Shown here: positions 24,966 to 36,037 of the stretch, one piece after another
Layout of the letters: the number at the start of each line of letters is the position of its first letter
Position numbering within the stretch: position 1 is the stretch's first letter
Assembly (NCBI GenBank): GCA_903893485.1
Contig: CAITMK010000001.1
Span: forward strand, 46,560-110,559
Direction of reading: 5' to 3'
DNA: 64,000 bases
From: Candidatus Magasanikiibacteriota bacterium
Lineage (GTDB): Bacteria > Patescibacteriota > Patescibacteriia > Magasanikbacterales > 2-02-FULL-50-9b
Translations under genes and position numbers: made by a program
Notes under the pieces: model-generated
Seen by the model: only the letters and a program-made list of their open reading frames with translations
What the model was told of the DNA's origin: nothing
Database searches by the model: none

Positions 24966-24988
24966 AAAAAGCTGGCCTTTCGGCCAGC
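24966..24988 (-). terminator. rpsB-tsf terminator
   Basis: GCTGGCC-GAAA-GGCCAGC-TTTTT. Confidence 0.85.
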
Positions 24989-25011
24989 CCTTGCGATTTG
25001 CAACCAAGAAA

Positions 25012-25608
25012 TTATTCCTGGCCCAAATGAAAACGCACAAATCGCTTCATCTGGATGTTTTCACCCATCTTAGCGATACCTGATTTCACCAAATCTTCGA
25101 TGGTCATGTTTTCATCTTTCACAAATGCCTGTTTCATCAAACAAACGTCAGTGTAAAATTTAGCCAACTTACCTTCAACGATTTTTGCAATCATTTCTTC
25201 TGGTTTGTTTGCGGCTTTCAACTCTTCCTTGTAGAACTCACGTTCTTTTTCTGCCAATTCTGGTGGCACTTCTGATTCGTCCAAGTACAATGGATTCATT
25301 GCAGCAATGTGAATCGCAATGTCGTGCGCAAGCTGCTTGAAACCGTCAGTGCGTGCTACAAAATCTGTTTCACAACGGAGCTCAACCATTACGCCAACTT
25401 TTTGGTTGCCATGAATGTATGAGTACACGATACCTTCACCTGCAACGCGGTCTGACTTTTTGCCAGCTTTCAAAATACCCTTTTTACGAAGTAATTCTTC
25501 TGCAGCAGCCATGTCACCATTGGTTTCATCCAATGCCGCTTTGACGTCTACGATACCAGCGCCTGTTTTTTCACGAAGTGCGACAACTAACTTTGCATCG
25601 ATTGCCAT
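25012..25608 (-). CDS. tsf: Elongation factor Ts (short form)
   Basis: LREKTGAG..D.K.AL, ELRCETDFVAR, HIAAMNP, GENI...RF; about 198 aa. Confidence 0.97.
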   Translation of the reverse strand: MAIDAKLVVALREKTGAGIVDVKAALDETNGDMAAAEELLRKKGILKAGKKSDRVAGEGIVYSYIHGNQKVGVMVELRCETDFVARTDGFKQLAHDIAIHIAAMNPLYLDESEVPPELAEKEREFYKEELKAANKPEEMIAKIVEGKLAKFYTDVCLMKQAFVKDENMTIEDLVKSGIAKMGENIQMKRFVRFHLGQE

Positions 25609-25620
25609 ACTAATGAACAA

Positions 25621-26367
25621 TTATTGTTGATTGATAATAACTTTTTCTGCTTTGCCTTCTGACTTTGCAGCGGCTGCAGGAGCTGCGGCGCGGCCTTCGA
25701 TAACTGCGTCTGCAATTAATTTGGTAACCAATTCAATTGCGCGAACCGCGTCATCGTTTGATGGAATTGGGAATGTAACCAATTCTGGGTTTACGTTTGT
25801 ATCGGTAATTGCGATGGTTGGAATTTTCTTTACCAATGTTTCGGTGATTGCAGTTTTTTCGGTGCGGATGTCAACCAAGTACATGGCATCTGGCATGCGC
25901 TTTAAGGTTGCAAGACCTTCAAAAATCAAATGTTTTTTCTGGAATTCGTCTTCCAAAACAACACGTTCTTTTTTGGTGTACTTGTCCCAACCGCCGTTTT
26001 CACGGTCAGCTGCTGACTTGCGGTAGTGTTCCAAACGTTTGCCGATTTCATCGAAGTTTGTTACCAAACCACCGATCCAGCGTTCTGTGATGTAAGGCAT
26101 ACCACAGCGATTTGCTTCGCGAATGATGATGTCCTTAGCCTGACGCTTGGTACCAACAAACAAAACAGTTTTGCCCTGAGCTGAAAGTTGCTTAATAAAA
26201 TCCAAAGCCTCAGCGATTTTTTGCTGGGTGATTTCCAAGTTAATTACATGGATACCCTGGCGTTCGCCAAACAAATAAGGCTTAATCTTAGGGTGCCAAC
26301 GCGTTGAGCGATGGCCAAAGTGCATACCGGCTTGGATCATATCCAAGAGTTCTGGTGTTTTTGGCAT
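25621..26367 (-). CDS. rpsB: 30S ribosomal protein S2
   Basis: AGMHFGH, WHPK, FVGTKRQA, RWIGG..TNF, DTN, NDDA. Confidence 0.99.
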   Translation of the reverse strand: MPKTPELLDMIQAGMHFGHRSTRWHPKIKPYLFGERQGIHVINLEITQQKIAEALDFIKQLSAQGKTVLFVGTKRQAKDIIIREANRCGMPYITERWIGGLVTNFDEIGKRLEHYRKSAADRENGGWDKYTKKERVVLEDEFQKKHLIFEGLATLKRMPDAMYLVDIRTEKTAITETLVKKIPTIAITDTNVNPELVTFPIPSNDDAVRAIELVTKLIADAVIEGRAAAPAAAAKSEGKAEKVIINQQ

Positions 26368-26486
26368 AAATAGTCCTTTTTACGACATCGGCATCGCGCG
26401 GGAGCCAGGAAGGCAGGGCCCGAGCGGTTTGTAGCCGACTGATTGATTAATGCGCGTAGTTTAGCAGAAGGTGATAAAAAGGTCAA
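26368..26486 (-). promoter_or_regulatory. rpsB promoter and structured GC-rich leader (candidate S2 autoregulatory element)
   Basis: TTGACC-N17-TAAACT; leader with GTCGGC...GCCGAT outer stem and nested GC stems. Confidence 0.6.
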
Positions 26487-26490
26487 GAAT

Positions 26491-26540
26491 AAAAAAACCC
26501 ACCAGCGAGTCGCGAAAAGCGGCGACTACGAACTGGCGGA
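26491..26540 (-). terminator. Long hairpin terminator of cassette 5
   Basis: TCCGCCAG...AGTCGC...GCGACT...CTGGTGGG plus T7. Confidence 0.7.
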
Positions 26541-26560
26541 TTTATGCCTTTTGCCGTGCA

Positions 26561-27034
26561 TCAAAACGGCGCGGACTTTTCCCCGATGAAATTCATGAGG
26601 TCCTGCCCGATATCGGTCATGTCGGACTCGCTGAATCCAATGAGCCCTTTGGTAAAGCAGTCCTTGCCCGTCGTGTAAAGAAACCTCATCACGAGCGTAC
26701 GACGCTGACCTTCGAGTTCCACTGGGGTCGAGACAGTCAGCCAACACAGGATTTCCTGAATAGCGGTTCCGTAACGCTCAAAGTCGTCGATGGTCACCAC
26801 CTCTTCATTCAGCCTGACGAGCGGATCGAGCGCCCTGAATCCGGCGATGAGCGTCGGGATCATGGGATCATGGATCTCGCGGGGCATGCGAAATGGATTT
26901 GACTTATACTTCCGTTTCGGCGGATTGAGCGTGCGATCGACCATCCGTTGCAACGCTTCACAGGCACATGAAGCCGCATGAATCGCTCGCATATCGAGCG
27001 CAAGTCTAACCCCTACCAAATTTGTAGTACCCAT
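26561..27034 (-). CDS. GC-rich orphan protein (cassette 5)
   Basis: GAGGTG SD before ATG; own promoter and terminator; 157 aa. Confidence 0.7.
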   Translation of the reverse strand: MGTTNLVGVRLALDMRAIHAASCACEALQRMVDRTLNPPKRKYKSNPFRMPREIHDPMIPTLIAGFRALDPLVRLNEEVVTIDDFERYGTAIQEILCWLTVSTPVELEGQRRTLVMRFLYTTGKDCFTKGLIGFSESDMTDIGQDLMNFIGEKSAPF

Positions 27035-27069
27035 GGTTTCACCTCAATTGCGCAAGCGTGCGCGAGCAA

Positions 27070-27098
27070 ATAGTACGACTCAAATTGAGTATTGTCAA
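27070..27098 (-). promoter_or_regulatory. Sigma70 promoter of cassette 5 (-35 overlaps the prfA stop codon)
   Basis: TTGACA-N17-TACTAT; palindrome ACTCAA-T-TTGAGT in the spacer. Confidence 0.7.
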
Positions 27099-28141
27099 TC
27101 CTCCGCCTCGTCCACCTTCTTCAACGCCAGAACGATTTCCTCAATATTCCCATCCATGATCTTCGGCAAATTGTGCCATGATTCTTCGATGCGATGATCA
27201 GTCACGCGGTCTTGTGGGAAATTATAGGTGCGAATTTTTTCGCTGCGGTCGCCGCTACCAATTTGCGATTTACGTTTCGCGGCGCGCTCGGCGGCAACGC
27301 GCGCAACTTCGGCTTCAAAAACACGAGCACGCATCACTTGCATTGCACGTTCTTTATTTTGCGTTTGCGAACGTTCGTCCTGACAGGTCACTACAATGCC
27401 CGTTGGAATATGCACCATGCGGATTGCACTGTATGTGGTGTTCACGGACTGGCCGCCCGCGCCCTGGGATGTGGTGGTTTCAATTTTTAAATCCTTCAAG
27501 TCCAAAACAATATCAACTGCTTCTGGCTCTGGCATGATTGCCACGGTCACGGCGCTGGTGTGCACGCGGCCGGCCTTTTCGGTTTCAGGTACACGCTGCA
27601 CGCGGTGCACGCCGGATTCAAACTGCAGCTCGCCGTACACGCCGCGGCCTTTAATTTCAAAAACAACTTCTTTAACACCGCCAATGCCCGTGCGGCTCAT
27701 GGAAATGAGATCAACTTTCCATCCGCGAGTGCCCGCGAACATGGAATACATGCGATATAATTCTGCGGCGAAAAGTCCTGCTTCATCGCCACCCACACCT
27801 GCGCGGATTTCAACGATAACGTTTTTGTTTGCAAATGGATCTGGTTCGCGGAGCAAATCTTTCAGCTGCACGTGTAAATTCTCGAGCTGCGCTTTCAAAT
27901 CTTCAACTTCGGCTTTCGCCAGGTCAATCATTTCAATATCTTCTTCCACAGCGACCATTTTTTCTGCGTCAGCCAGCGCCGCTTCTTTTTGATCAATCTC
28001 ACGGAGCACTTCTGCAGCAGGTTTGATTTCAGAATACCGCTGCGAAACCTGTTTTAATTTAAAAGCGTCTCCAATGACCGTTGGGTCTTGGAGCGCTTTT
28101 TCGAGCTCTTCAAATTCGGCGAGGATGGTATCGCCTTTCAT
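27095..28141 (-). CDS. prfA: Peptide chain release factor 1
   Basis: [47 protein letters not shown]. Confidence 0.97.
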   Translation of the reverse strand: MKGDTILAEFEELEKALQDPTVIGDAFKLKQVSQRYSEIKPAAEVLREIDQKEAALADAEKMVAVEEDIEMIDLAKAEVEDLKAQLENLHVQLKDLLREPDPFANKNVIVEIRAGVGGDEAGLFAAELYRMYSMFAGTRGWKVDLISMSRTGIGGVKEVVFEIKGRGVYGELQFESGVHRVQRVPETEKAGRVHTSAVTVAIMPEPEAVDIVLDLKDLKIETTTSQGAGGQSVNTTYSAIRMVHIPTGIVVTCQDERSQTQNKERAMQVMRARVFEAEVARVAAERAAKRKSQIGSGDRSEKIRTYNFPQDRVTDHRIEESWHNLPKIMDGNIEEIVLALKKVDEAED

Positions 28142-28147
28142 GGCAAA

Positions 28148-28438
28148 TTATTTACCAGCTGCAGTTTTGTCTGCACGCTTTGCTTTGCGCGCCTGTTCCT
28201 TTTCCGCTTTAGAGCGAGTTGAAACAGCAGCTGCGGCAATTTTGGTAGCTTTGTCTTGAAACTTCTCGATACGACGAGCAGTGTCAACAAAGTTCTGTTT
28301 ACCCGTGTAAAATGGGTGACATTTGCTGCAAAGTTCAATACGAAGCGCTGGCTGCGTTGAACCAACCTCAAAAGTGTTACCACATGCGCAGGTCACGTTA
28401 GCATTTGGAGTGTAGTTTGGGTGGATGGCCTTTTTCAT
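28148..28438 (-). CDS. rpmE: 50S ribosomal protein L31 (zinc-binding type, extended C-terminus)
   Basis: [23 protein letters not shown]; promoter TTGACA-N17-TACACT 9 nt before ATG. Confidence 0.97.
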   Translation of the reverse strand: MKKAIHPNYTPNANVTCACGNTFEVGSTQPALRIELCSKCHPFYTGKQNFVDTARRIEKFQDKATKIAAAAVSTRSKAEKEQARKAKRADKTAAGK

Positions 28439-28480
28439 AGTGAAAGTAGTGTACATTTTAAGCCGGCGGTTGTCAAGAGT

Positions 28481-28528
28481 AAAAAAACAGACCCACCCCG
28501 CGCAACGTATGTCGCGCAAAGGCAGGTC
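28481..28528 (-). terminator. Long hairpin terminator of cassette 6
   Basis: GACCTGCCTTTGCGCGAC-ATAC-GTTGCGCGGGGTGGGTC plus T7; many G.U pairs. Confidence 0.75.
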
Positions 28529-28531
28529 AAA

Positions 28532-28993
28532 TTACCACGGGTCCTCACCCCGCAGAAGCTTCGCTTTTCGATCATCCCGAGTCCTTTGCTGCCAGTCAAG
28601 CTTTGCTCTCCAGCGTGCCGGGTCAGCGTCCATTCGCTCTGCATACGTCAGCTGCCTCGGCACGTTTCGTTGCAAACGCAGCTCCTTAGAGGAGATGCCG
28701 ATGATGTGTGCAACATGGGCGATTGCGGTCATTTCGTCGGCAATATTTTCAAACTCCTTGTAGATTCTGACAACCGATCCGCCTGCACCACATGCCTGGC
28801 ATAGGTATTGATTTGACCTACGATTCACGCGGAATGAGGCGGTCTTCTCGGCGTGAAACGGGCAGATGAAAACGAGCGCTCGCGCATTTCGCCGCACTGG
28901 CAAATAGCCGAACGATTTGAGTGCCTTTTCAATTGGATATGCCAGAACTCGCCTCATGAGTTCTGGACTGAACATCATGTGACGCTTTGACAT
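28532..28993 (-). CDS. Stand-alone CHC2 (primase-type) zinc-finger protein (cassette 6)
   Basis: CPFHAEKTASF.V......Y.CQACGAGG; no Toprim domain; GGAG SD. Confidence 0.85.
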   Translation of the reverse strand: MSKRHMMFSPELMRRVLAYPIEKALKSFGYLPVRRNARALVFICPFHAEKTASFRVNRRSNQYLCQACGAGGSVVRIYKEFENIADEMTAIAHVAHIIGISSKELRLQRNVPRQLTYAERMDADPARWRAKLDWQQRTRDDRKAKLLRGEDPW

Positions 28994-29009
28994 TTTAACT
29001 CCATCGAGT

Positions 29010-29086
29010 GTGCCCGCCGGGTTTGGTGGTGGAATCCCCTTGGAAATGACGGTTCTGCTCTGTCATCGTTGGCCGCCGGCGGGCAC
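29010..29086 (-). promoter_or_regulatory. Structured 5' leader (11-bp GC stem enclosing further hairpins)
   Basis: GTGCCCGCCGG...CCGGCGGGCAC perfect arms with internal ATGAC/GTCAT; promoter TTGACA-N18-TACCGT at 29150-29179. Confidence 0.55.
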
Positions 29087-29192
29087 GTCCTGCTGCCAAA
29101 GCATCAGGTACCAACGAATCGGGGCCAACTGGCCAAAGAGATTAATAAAACGGTACAGTGATAAAGCTGTCTCTGTCAAGCATGCTTAGGAC

Positions 29193-29231
29193 AAAACTAA
29201 ATTGTATTAAAGTGTAATACAATTTAGTTTT
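29193..29231. repeat. Perfect 17-bp AT-rich inverted repeat, 5-nt spacer
   Basis: AAAACTAAATTGTATTA-AAGTG-TAATACAATTTAGTTTT. Confidence 0.9.
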
Positions 29232-29257
29232 TATTATTTTTGTGCTACCATAACCAC

Positions 29258-30043
29258 ATGAAAATCCGTGAAATTCTAAAAAAATCATCCCCAGACGATG
29301 AATACTTATTACGTTTTGTATTAAAAAAATCTCGTGCAGAATTGTTGCGCGATTTTGGCGCCGAAGTCCGTCAAGCCACACTCACCAAATTTCGTGAGCT
29401 CAAAAAAAAACGTGCCGACGGAATACCAATGCAATACATTGTTGGCGCCGCATGGTTTTACGGATTAGAATTTTTTGTGACGAAAACAGTATTAATCCCC
29501 CGCCCGGAAACTGAAATTTTAGTTGAACGAGCACTGGCAGCGCACGCTGAAATCGTAATCGACATCGGCACGGGCAGTGGTGCAATCGCCGTCTCTCTCG
29601 CTAAAAATTCTCGCTCTAAAATTATTGCCGCAGATATTTCCGAATCCGCTTTAAAAATTGCACACAAAAATTCGCGCCGCCACAAAACAAAAATTAAATT
29701 TTATAAAAGCAATTTGCTCACCACGATTCCCTGGCCTCGAACACAATCCGTGCTCATCGCTGCAAATCTTCCATATCTTTCGAATGCACGCATGAAATCA
29801 CTCACCACCGAAGTTCGCCGTGAGCCACGTCTCGCATTATATGGCGGCCCCGATGGCCTGCAACTATACAAAAAACTTTTCGCACAAATTCGTGCGCGCA
29901 AATCGCCGACCCAAACCGTAACCGTCCTCGCCGAAATCGACCCGGAGCAGAAAAAAAATCTCGCCGCCCTGGTGGGCGACGAGAAGATTTCTTTCTTCAA
30001 GGATCTGTCGGGCGCCGTGCGCCTCGCAGAAATTATTTTTTAG
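29258..30043 (+). CDS. prmC: Release factor glutamine methyltransferase
   Basis: PMQYIVG...FYG, VLIPRPETE, DIGTGSGAI, ANLPY, EP..ALYGG.DGL. Confidence 0.95.
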   Translation: MKIREILKKSSPDDEYLLRFVLKKSRAELLRDFGAEVRQATLTKFRELKKKRADGIPMQYIVGAAWFYGLEFFVTKTVLIPRPETEILVERALAAHAEIVIDIGTGSGAIAVSLAKNSRSKIIAADISESALKIAHKNSRRHKTKIKFYKSNLLTTIPWPRTQSVLIAANLPYLSNARMKSLTTEVRREPRLALYGGPDGLQLYKKLFAQIRARKSPTQTVTVLAEIDPEQKKNLAALVGDEKISFFKDLSGAVRLAEIIF

Positions 30044-30752
30044 CAGCAGGTGCTTTTGCAGCTGGAGCAGCTTTTGCGCCAGGTTTTGCAGCAGCATCAG
30101 TTGCAGCAGCTTCGTCTTCTTTCTTCTTACCAACAACTTCAACTTTAGTAACATCGGCTGCATTTGCAGCTTCCATAGCCTTGAGCTGATCTTCAGTAAG
30201 TGGAGCTGAAACCTTAGCAACAACTTCGTCTGCTTCGTCCAAAATGGTAACACCTTCTGGAGCTTTGATGTCGCCAATGGTGATCACCGCGTCAAAATCT
30301 GACAATGCTTCCAAAGGAATTGCGATGGTACGTACCAAATGAATTGGCAAACAGCGAACAGTAACCGCGTCTTTAATTTTAAGCAAAGTACCACCCATGT
30401 GCTTAACCGCTTCTGATTCACCAGTAAATTCGAGTGAAACGTCTGTTTCGAGTTCTTTTTTCATTGAAACCGCAAAGAAATCAACGTGGGTAAATGCGTT
30501 GGTAACTGGGTTGGTCTGAACTGCTTTAATCAAAGTTGGGATTTTTTCGGTGCCAAAATCCAATTCAACCAATGTTGATTCACCAGCTTCGCGAAAAGCT
30601 TTCTGAAAAAGATGAGCATCAACAGAAAGTGCGCGTGAGCCTTCTAAATCTGGGCCGTACACAATTGCTGGGATTTTGCGTGTTGCACGAATATTCTGTG
30701 CAATGCTGTGTGAACCGGTGGTGCGATCTGTTGCAGTTAAGACAATTGACAT
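30033..30752 (-). CDS. rplY: 50S ribosomal protein L25/Ctc
   Basis: IPAIVYG, Q..PV.....HVDF, GES.AVK..GG, C-terminal Ctc domain. Confidence 0.93.
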   Translation of the reverse strand: MSIVLTATDRTTGSHSIAQNIRATRKIPAIVYGPDLEGSRALSVDAHLFQKAFREAGESTLVELDFGTEKIPTLIKAVQTNPVTNAFTHVDFFAVSMKKELETDVSLEFTGESEAVKHMGGTLLKIKDAVTVRCLPIHLVRTIAIPLEALSDFDAVITIGDIKAPEGVTILDEADEVVAKVSAPLTEDQLKAMEAANAADVTKVEVVGKKKEDEAAATDAAAKPGAKAAPAAKAPAAKK

Positions 30753-30753
30753 A

Positions 30754-31098
30754 TTAGTTCAAAAAAGTTTCTTTGGTAATTTCTCCGTGAAGTGAAGCTT
30801 CATGCCACGAGATCACATCGTCGAAATCGACAGCGTCGACTTCTACAAAACGGAGGATATCATCGGACGAAGCGTCGGTAATGAGGCCGAGCGAAGAGAC
30901 ACCATTTGGATTATGCGTGATAAGCGCGGCCACCGAATGTTTGCATTTAGCACACGTAACGTGGACCAAATGTTTGTTGTCTGATTCGTTTAAAACCTTA
31001 ATCTCGAGTGGCTCATACACGGTTTCACACAGGGGACATTGTTGAACGAGTTTCATCCCGTCCTCAGCGTTTGTGCGTTTTTTTCGCTTCGGGGCCAT
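30754..31098 (-). CDS. Small zinc-ribbon hypothetical protein
   Basis: CPLC...H.TCAKC, GLITD, DDVI..H. Confidence 0.7.
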   Translation of the reverse strand: MAPKRKKRTNAEDGMKLVQQCPLCETVYEPLEIKVLNESDNKHLVHVTCAKCKHSVAALITHNPNGVSSLGLITDASSDDILRFVEVDAVDFDDVISWHEASLHGEITKETFLN

Positions 31099-31156
31099 AG
31101 AAATAACCAGCTAATAGAAAGAATAATAGCAGAAGGCTTAAAAAATTGCAAGAGGG

Positions 31157-32239
31157 TTATACCTGGTGGCTGGCGATGCTCTGAACGATGCCGACTAAGA
31201 CCAAATTCATAACAAGCGAAGACCCACCATAACTCACAAAAGGAAGCGCGATACCGGTAAGCGGCAATATTCCCGTGGCGCCACCAACATTAACCACAAT
31301 TTGAACCAGCCAAAGCCCCAAGGCGCCCATAATAACAGGTTGCGTAAAGTCATCGCGGCAACTACCCGCAATGCGTACCAAGCGCCAACCAATAATGCCA
31401 TAACAAATAAACAGCGCCAGCACGCCCACAAAACCTAATTCCTCGCCAACCACGCTAAACACAAAATCAGTTTGGCGTTCTGGCAAAAAACTCAACTGGT
31501 TTTGCGAGCCATATCCAAATCCACGGCCCCAAAATTTGCCCGAACCAACTGCAATGATTGATTGTTGCACGTTATACCCCGCCCCGAGCGGATCCTTGCC
31601 TGGATTAATAAATGAAACAAAACGTTCTTTTTGATATGGCTTCAAAATACCGACCCAACCAACAACACCAATTACCATGACCGTACCAAGCAAAAGTAAA
31701 ACGAACGATCGACGTGTGCCCACAATTAATACAAGCAAAAACCAAAGTGCTGCCAAAACCAGCGAACCACCCAAATCTGGTTGGAGCATTACCAACGCCA
31801 TTGGTAAAATTGCAACCAGTGCAGTGCCAAAGAAAAACAACGCACTGGTAAACACGCGGCCACGCCGATCAATCACACGGGCTAATGTTAGCAGCAACGC
31901 AATTTTTACAAATTCAAGCGGTTGAAACGAAAAACCACCTAAAACAAACCAGCCCTTTGTACTACGAATAGTTGCGCCCACAACAAGCACGGCGCCGAGC
32001 AAAAGCAAACCAATGCCATACCACATGCGGCTTGTGGCACGATAAAATTCAGGGTGCACGGTGCCGAGCAAAAGTGCAACTATGGATCCGATACCCAGCG
32101 CGAGCGATTGACGCCCAAGCAAATAAAACCCAACGCCACGACTCAAATCAACACTTGCAATTGCCAAAAAACCAATCGCAACGGCTCCGAGCACTGCCCC
32201 ACACAATATCCAATCAAAATGTCTAAATTCGTATCGCAT
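31157..32239 (-). CDS. rodA: SEDS peptidoglycan polymerase RodA
   Basis: QP.EF.K, QPDLG, LKPYQKER, GYNV.QS.IAVGSG, LPE.QTDF, TGI.LPFVSYGGS. Confidence 0.93.
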   Translation of the reverse strand: MRYEFRHFDWILCGAVLGAVAIGFLAIASVDLSRGVGFYLLGRQSLALGIGSIVALLLGTVHPEFYRATSRMWYGIGLLLLGAVLVVGATIRSTKGWFVLGGFSFQPLEFVKIALLLTLARVIDRRGRVFTSALFFFGTALVAILPMALVMLQPDLGGSLVLAALWFLLVLIVGTRRSFVLLLLGTVMVIGVVGWVGILKPYQKERFVSFINPGKDPLGAGYNVQQSIIAVGSGKFWGRGFGYGSQNQLSFLPERQTDFVFSVVGEELGFVGVLALFICYGIIGWRLVRIAGSCRDDFTQPVIMGALGLWLVQIVVNVGGATGILPLTGIALPFVSYGGSSLVMNLVLVGIVQSIASHQV

Positions 32240-32263
32240 ATTTCAGCGATTACCTTATCACAA

Positions 32264-33184
32264 TCATTGGCTCACGTACACGTTGTTATCAAAAACATCC
32301 ACGGTTGGAATAATTTGAATGTCATCCACGGTCATACCCGTGACATAATTTCGCAAATCAATTTGGCGCGTTTCGAAGGTTTTAAAATCTTTTACCGTTA
32401 TATATTCAAAACCAATAACATTTCCACCGCGCATAAGCAAAATTTGCAGCGGCACTTCGTAAAAATTAAACGCAGTACGATTTGAAATGCTAAACGTAAT
32501 TTGATTTCCCGGATTTGTATCCACGGCGCCCGCAGAAATAACACCTTGTGGAGTAAACGTTGCACCAGTTATATCAAACGTTGCGTGCGATTTTATAAAA
32601 TTTGGAATATCCGCCACCACATGTGGATCAATGCGTGTCCAAGAAATATCAACGACTTGCAGCGACGTGCTAGTAAGCACGCTGGTATTTTTTTGACCAA
32701 GCGCTAACAAATATTTATGCTCGCCCGGAATTACAAAAGTGGTTTGCGTATCAGTTGTTTTGTCGCCATCGAGCGTAAAATTAAAATGAACCGTTGCGTA
32801 CCAATTTGCATTTGTGTTTTGCACTTCAGCCGCAAAATCAACAGTTCCATTGCCGCCATCGAATGTTTGCGCGCTTCCGAGCACCAGCGGCGTAGGCGCC
32901 GTTGCCTGCAAACGGTTGACTGACGAAATCTGCAGTCGCTTTGCAAGCGCAATAACTAGCGCGTCTTCGCGTGGTGAACCCGCAAATAAATATGAACCAA
33001 ACTGAAACACCGCATACACAATAAGAATTGCATCAATCGCGATGAGCGCCATGATCATTAAATTGCGCAGCAAAATTTTGTGCGTGACAATCCAATAACT
33101 GCGCGATAATTCTTTTGAAGAAAATTGATCCGCGCTGGACGCTTCAAATTGTTTTATTTTATTATCAAAGGAGCTTTGTGCCAT
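32264..33184 (-). CDS. Membrane-anchored hypothetical protein with extracytoplasmic beta-rich domains
   Basis: Single TM at about aa 40-65, beta-rich remainder; start 6 nt after TGATATACT. Confidence 0.7.
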   Translation of the reverse strand: MAQSSFDNKIKQFEASSADQFSSKELSRSYWIVTHKILLRNLMIMALIAIDAILIVYAVFQFGSYLFAGSPREDALVIALAKRLQISSVNRLQATAPTPLVLGSAQTFDGGNGTVDFAAEVQNTNANWYATVHFNFTLDGDKTTDTQTTFVIPGEHKYLLALGQKNTSVLTSTSLQVVDISWTRIDPHVVADIPNFIKSHATFDITGATFTPQGVISAGAVDTNPGNQITFSISNRTAFNFYEVPLQILLMRGGNVIGFEYITVKDFKTFETRQIDLRNYVTGMTVDDIQIIPTVDVFDNNVYVSQ

Positions 33185-33196
33185 GGTGGCAGTATA

Positions 33197-35227
<2,031 letters not shown>

Positions 35228-35280
35228 TCATTCTTTAAATCATTTTGCAGTTTACCATTAAGCGCTATGTGTACGCAAAT

Positions 35281-35322
35281 AAAAACGCCGACGCATCGCC
35301 CCTCCCCAGGCAATGCGTCGAC
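35281..35322 (-). terminator. Long hairpin terminator of cassette 7
   Basis: GTCGACGCATTGCC-loop-GGCGATGCGTCGGC plus GTTTTT. Confidence 0.75.
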
Positions 35323-35334
35323 AAAGTTGTACCG

Positions 35335-35901
35335 CTACGTCGCTTCAGCCGAAAAGCCGAACTGCAACGCGGTCTGTTGTTGGTGCCACGGCTTCTTCAC
35401 GTCGTACATGGCAAGCGCTTGATGAAACGCATCGTCCAGCACCTTGTAGATCGGGTGATGAACGCTGCCGCCCACGACGTGCTCCTGCAGGAACTCCATC
35501 TGATCGATCAGCATCTCGGCGCGCAGATGCAAAAGCGCGAACAGGTCGTTGCCGCGAAACTCTGCGAGCTCCAGATACAGCAGATGCATGTACGCGAGGC
35601 CCGTTTTCTCATCCTCTTTCATCCAGCCCCACGCAAATTCCGTGCGCGCGATGACCTGACGGAACTTGGCCGGCACCGTGCACCGCACATACGGCACCGG
35701 CAAACCGGACGCCGTGTCGATGAGGTAGCCCGACGCCAACTTGGGCAGCAGATCCGGCGGGTCCAGCTCCGTGACGAGCAAAAAGCGATCTTGAAAACCG
35801 CCATGCGTGACGAACCGACGCCAGCCCGTGGTAGCGTGCAACCACCAGCGGCCAGGATCCACCACGACTTCAACATCTTGAACCAAATCTTGAGAACTCA
35901 T
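35335..35901 (-). CDS. GC-rich orphan protein (cassette 7)
   Basis: AGGAG SD; promoter TTGACA-N17-TATCCT at 35948-35976; 188 aa. Confidence 0.7.
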   Translation of the reverse strand: MSSQDLVQDVEVVVDPGRWWLHATTGWRRFVTHGGFQDRFLLVTELDPPDLLPKLASGYLIDTASGLPVPYVRCTVPAKFRQVIARTEFAWGWMKEDEKTGLAYMHLLYLELAEFRGNDLFALLHLRAEMLIDQMEFLQEHVVGGSVHHPIYKVLDDAFHQALAMYDVKKPWHQQQTALQFGFSAEAT

Positions 35902-35979
35902 TTAGAAACTCCTGAGCAAAGGTCAGCAGGTTTGCCGACAAGAAAAAAGGATACTCGTAAATCGCTCTTATGTCAATAT

Positions 35980-36020
35980 AAAAAATATCGTCGCCAACCC
36001 AAGGTAGTGGGCCAGCGACG
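35980..36020 (-). terminator. Hairpin terminator of cassette 8
   Basis: CGTCGCTGGCCCA-CTACCT-TGGGTTGGCGACG plus ATATTTTTT. Confidence 0.75.
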
Positions 36021-36037
36021 CGTAACCGCTCTAAATA

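Noticed and set aside
27095-27097. Alternative genetic code (TGA=Gly, as in Gracilibacteria/Absconditabacteria)
   Set aside because: Conserved genes are intact under code 11 and several (prfA, mltG, pgk) end at TGA at the expected length.
29193-29231. Chromosomal dif site
   Set aside because: 5-nt spacer, perfect symmetry, and no match to the TTATGTTAAAT-type XerD arm.
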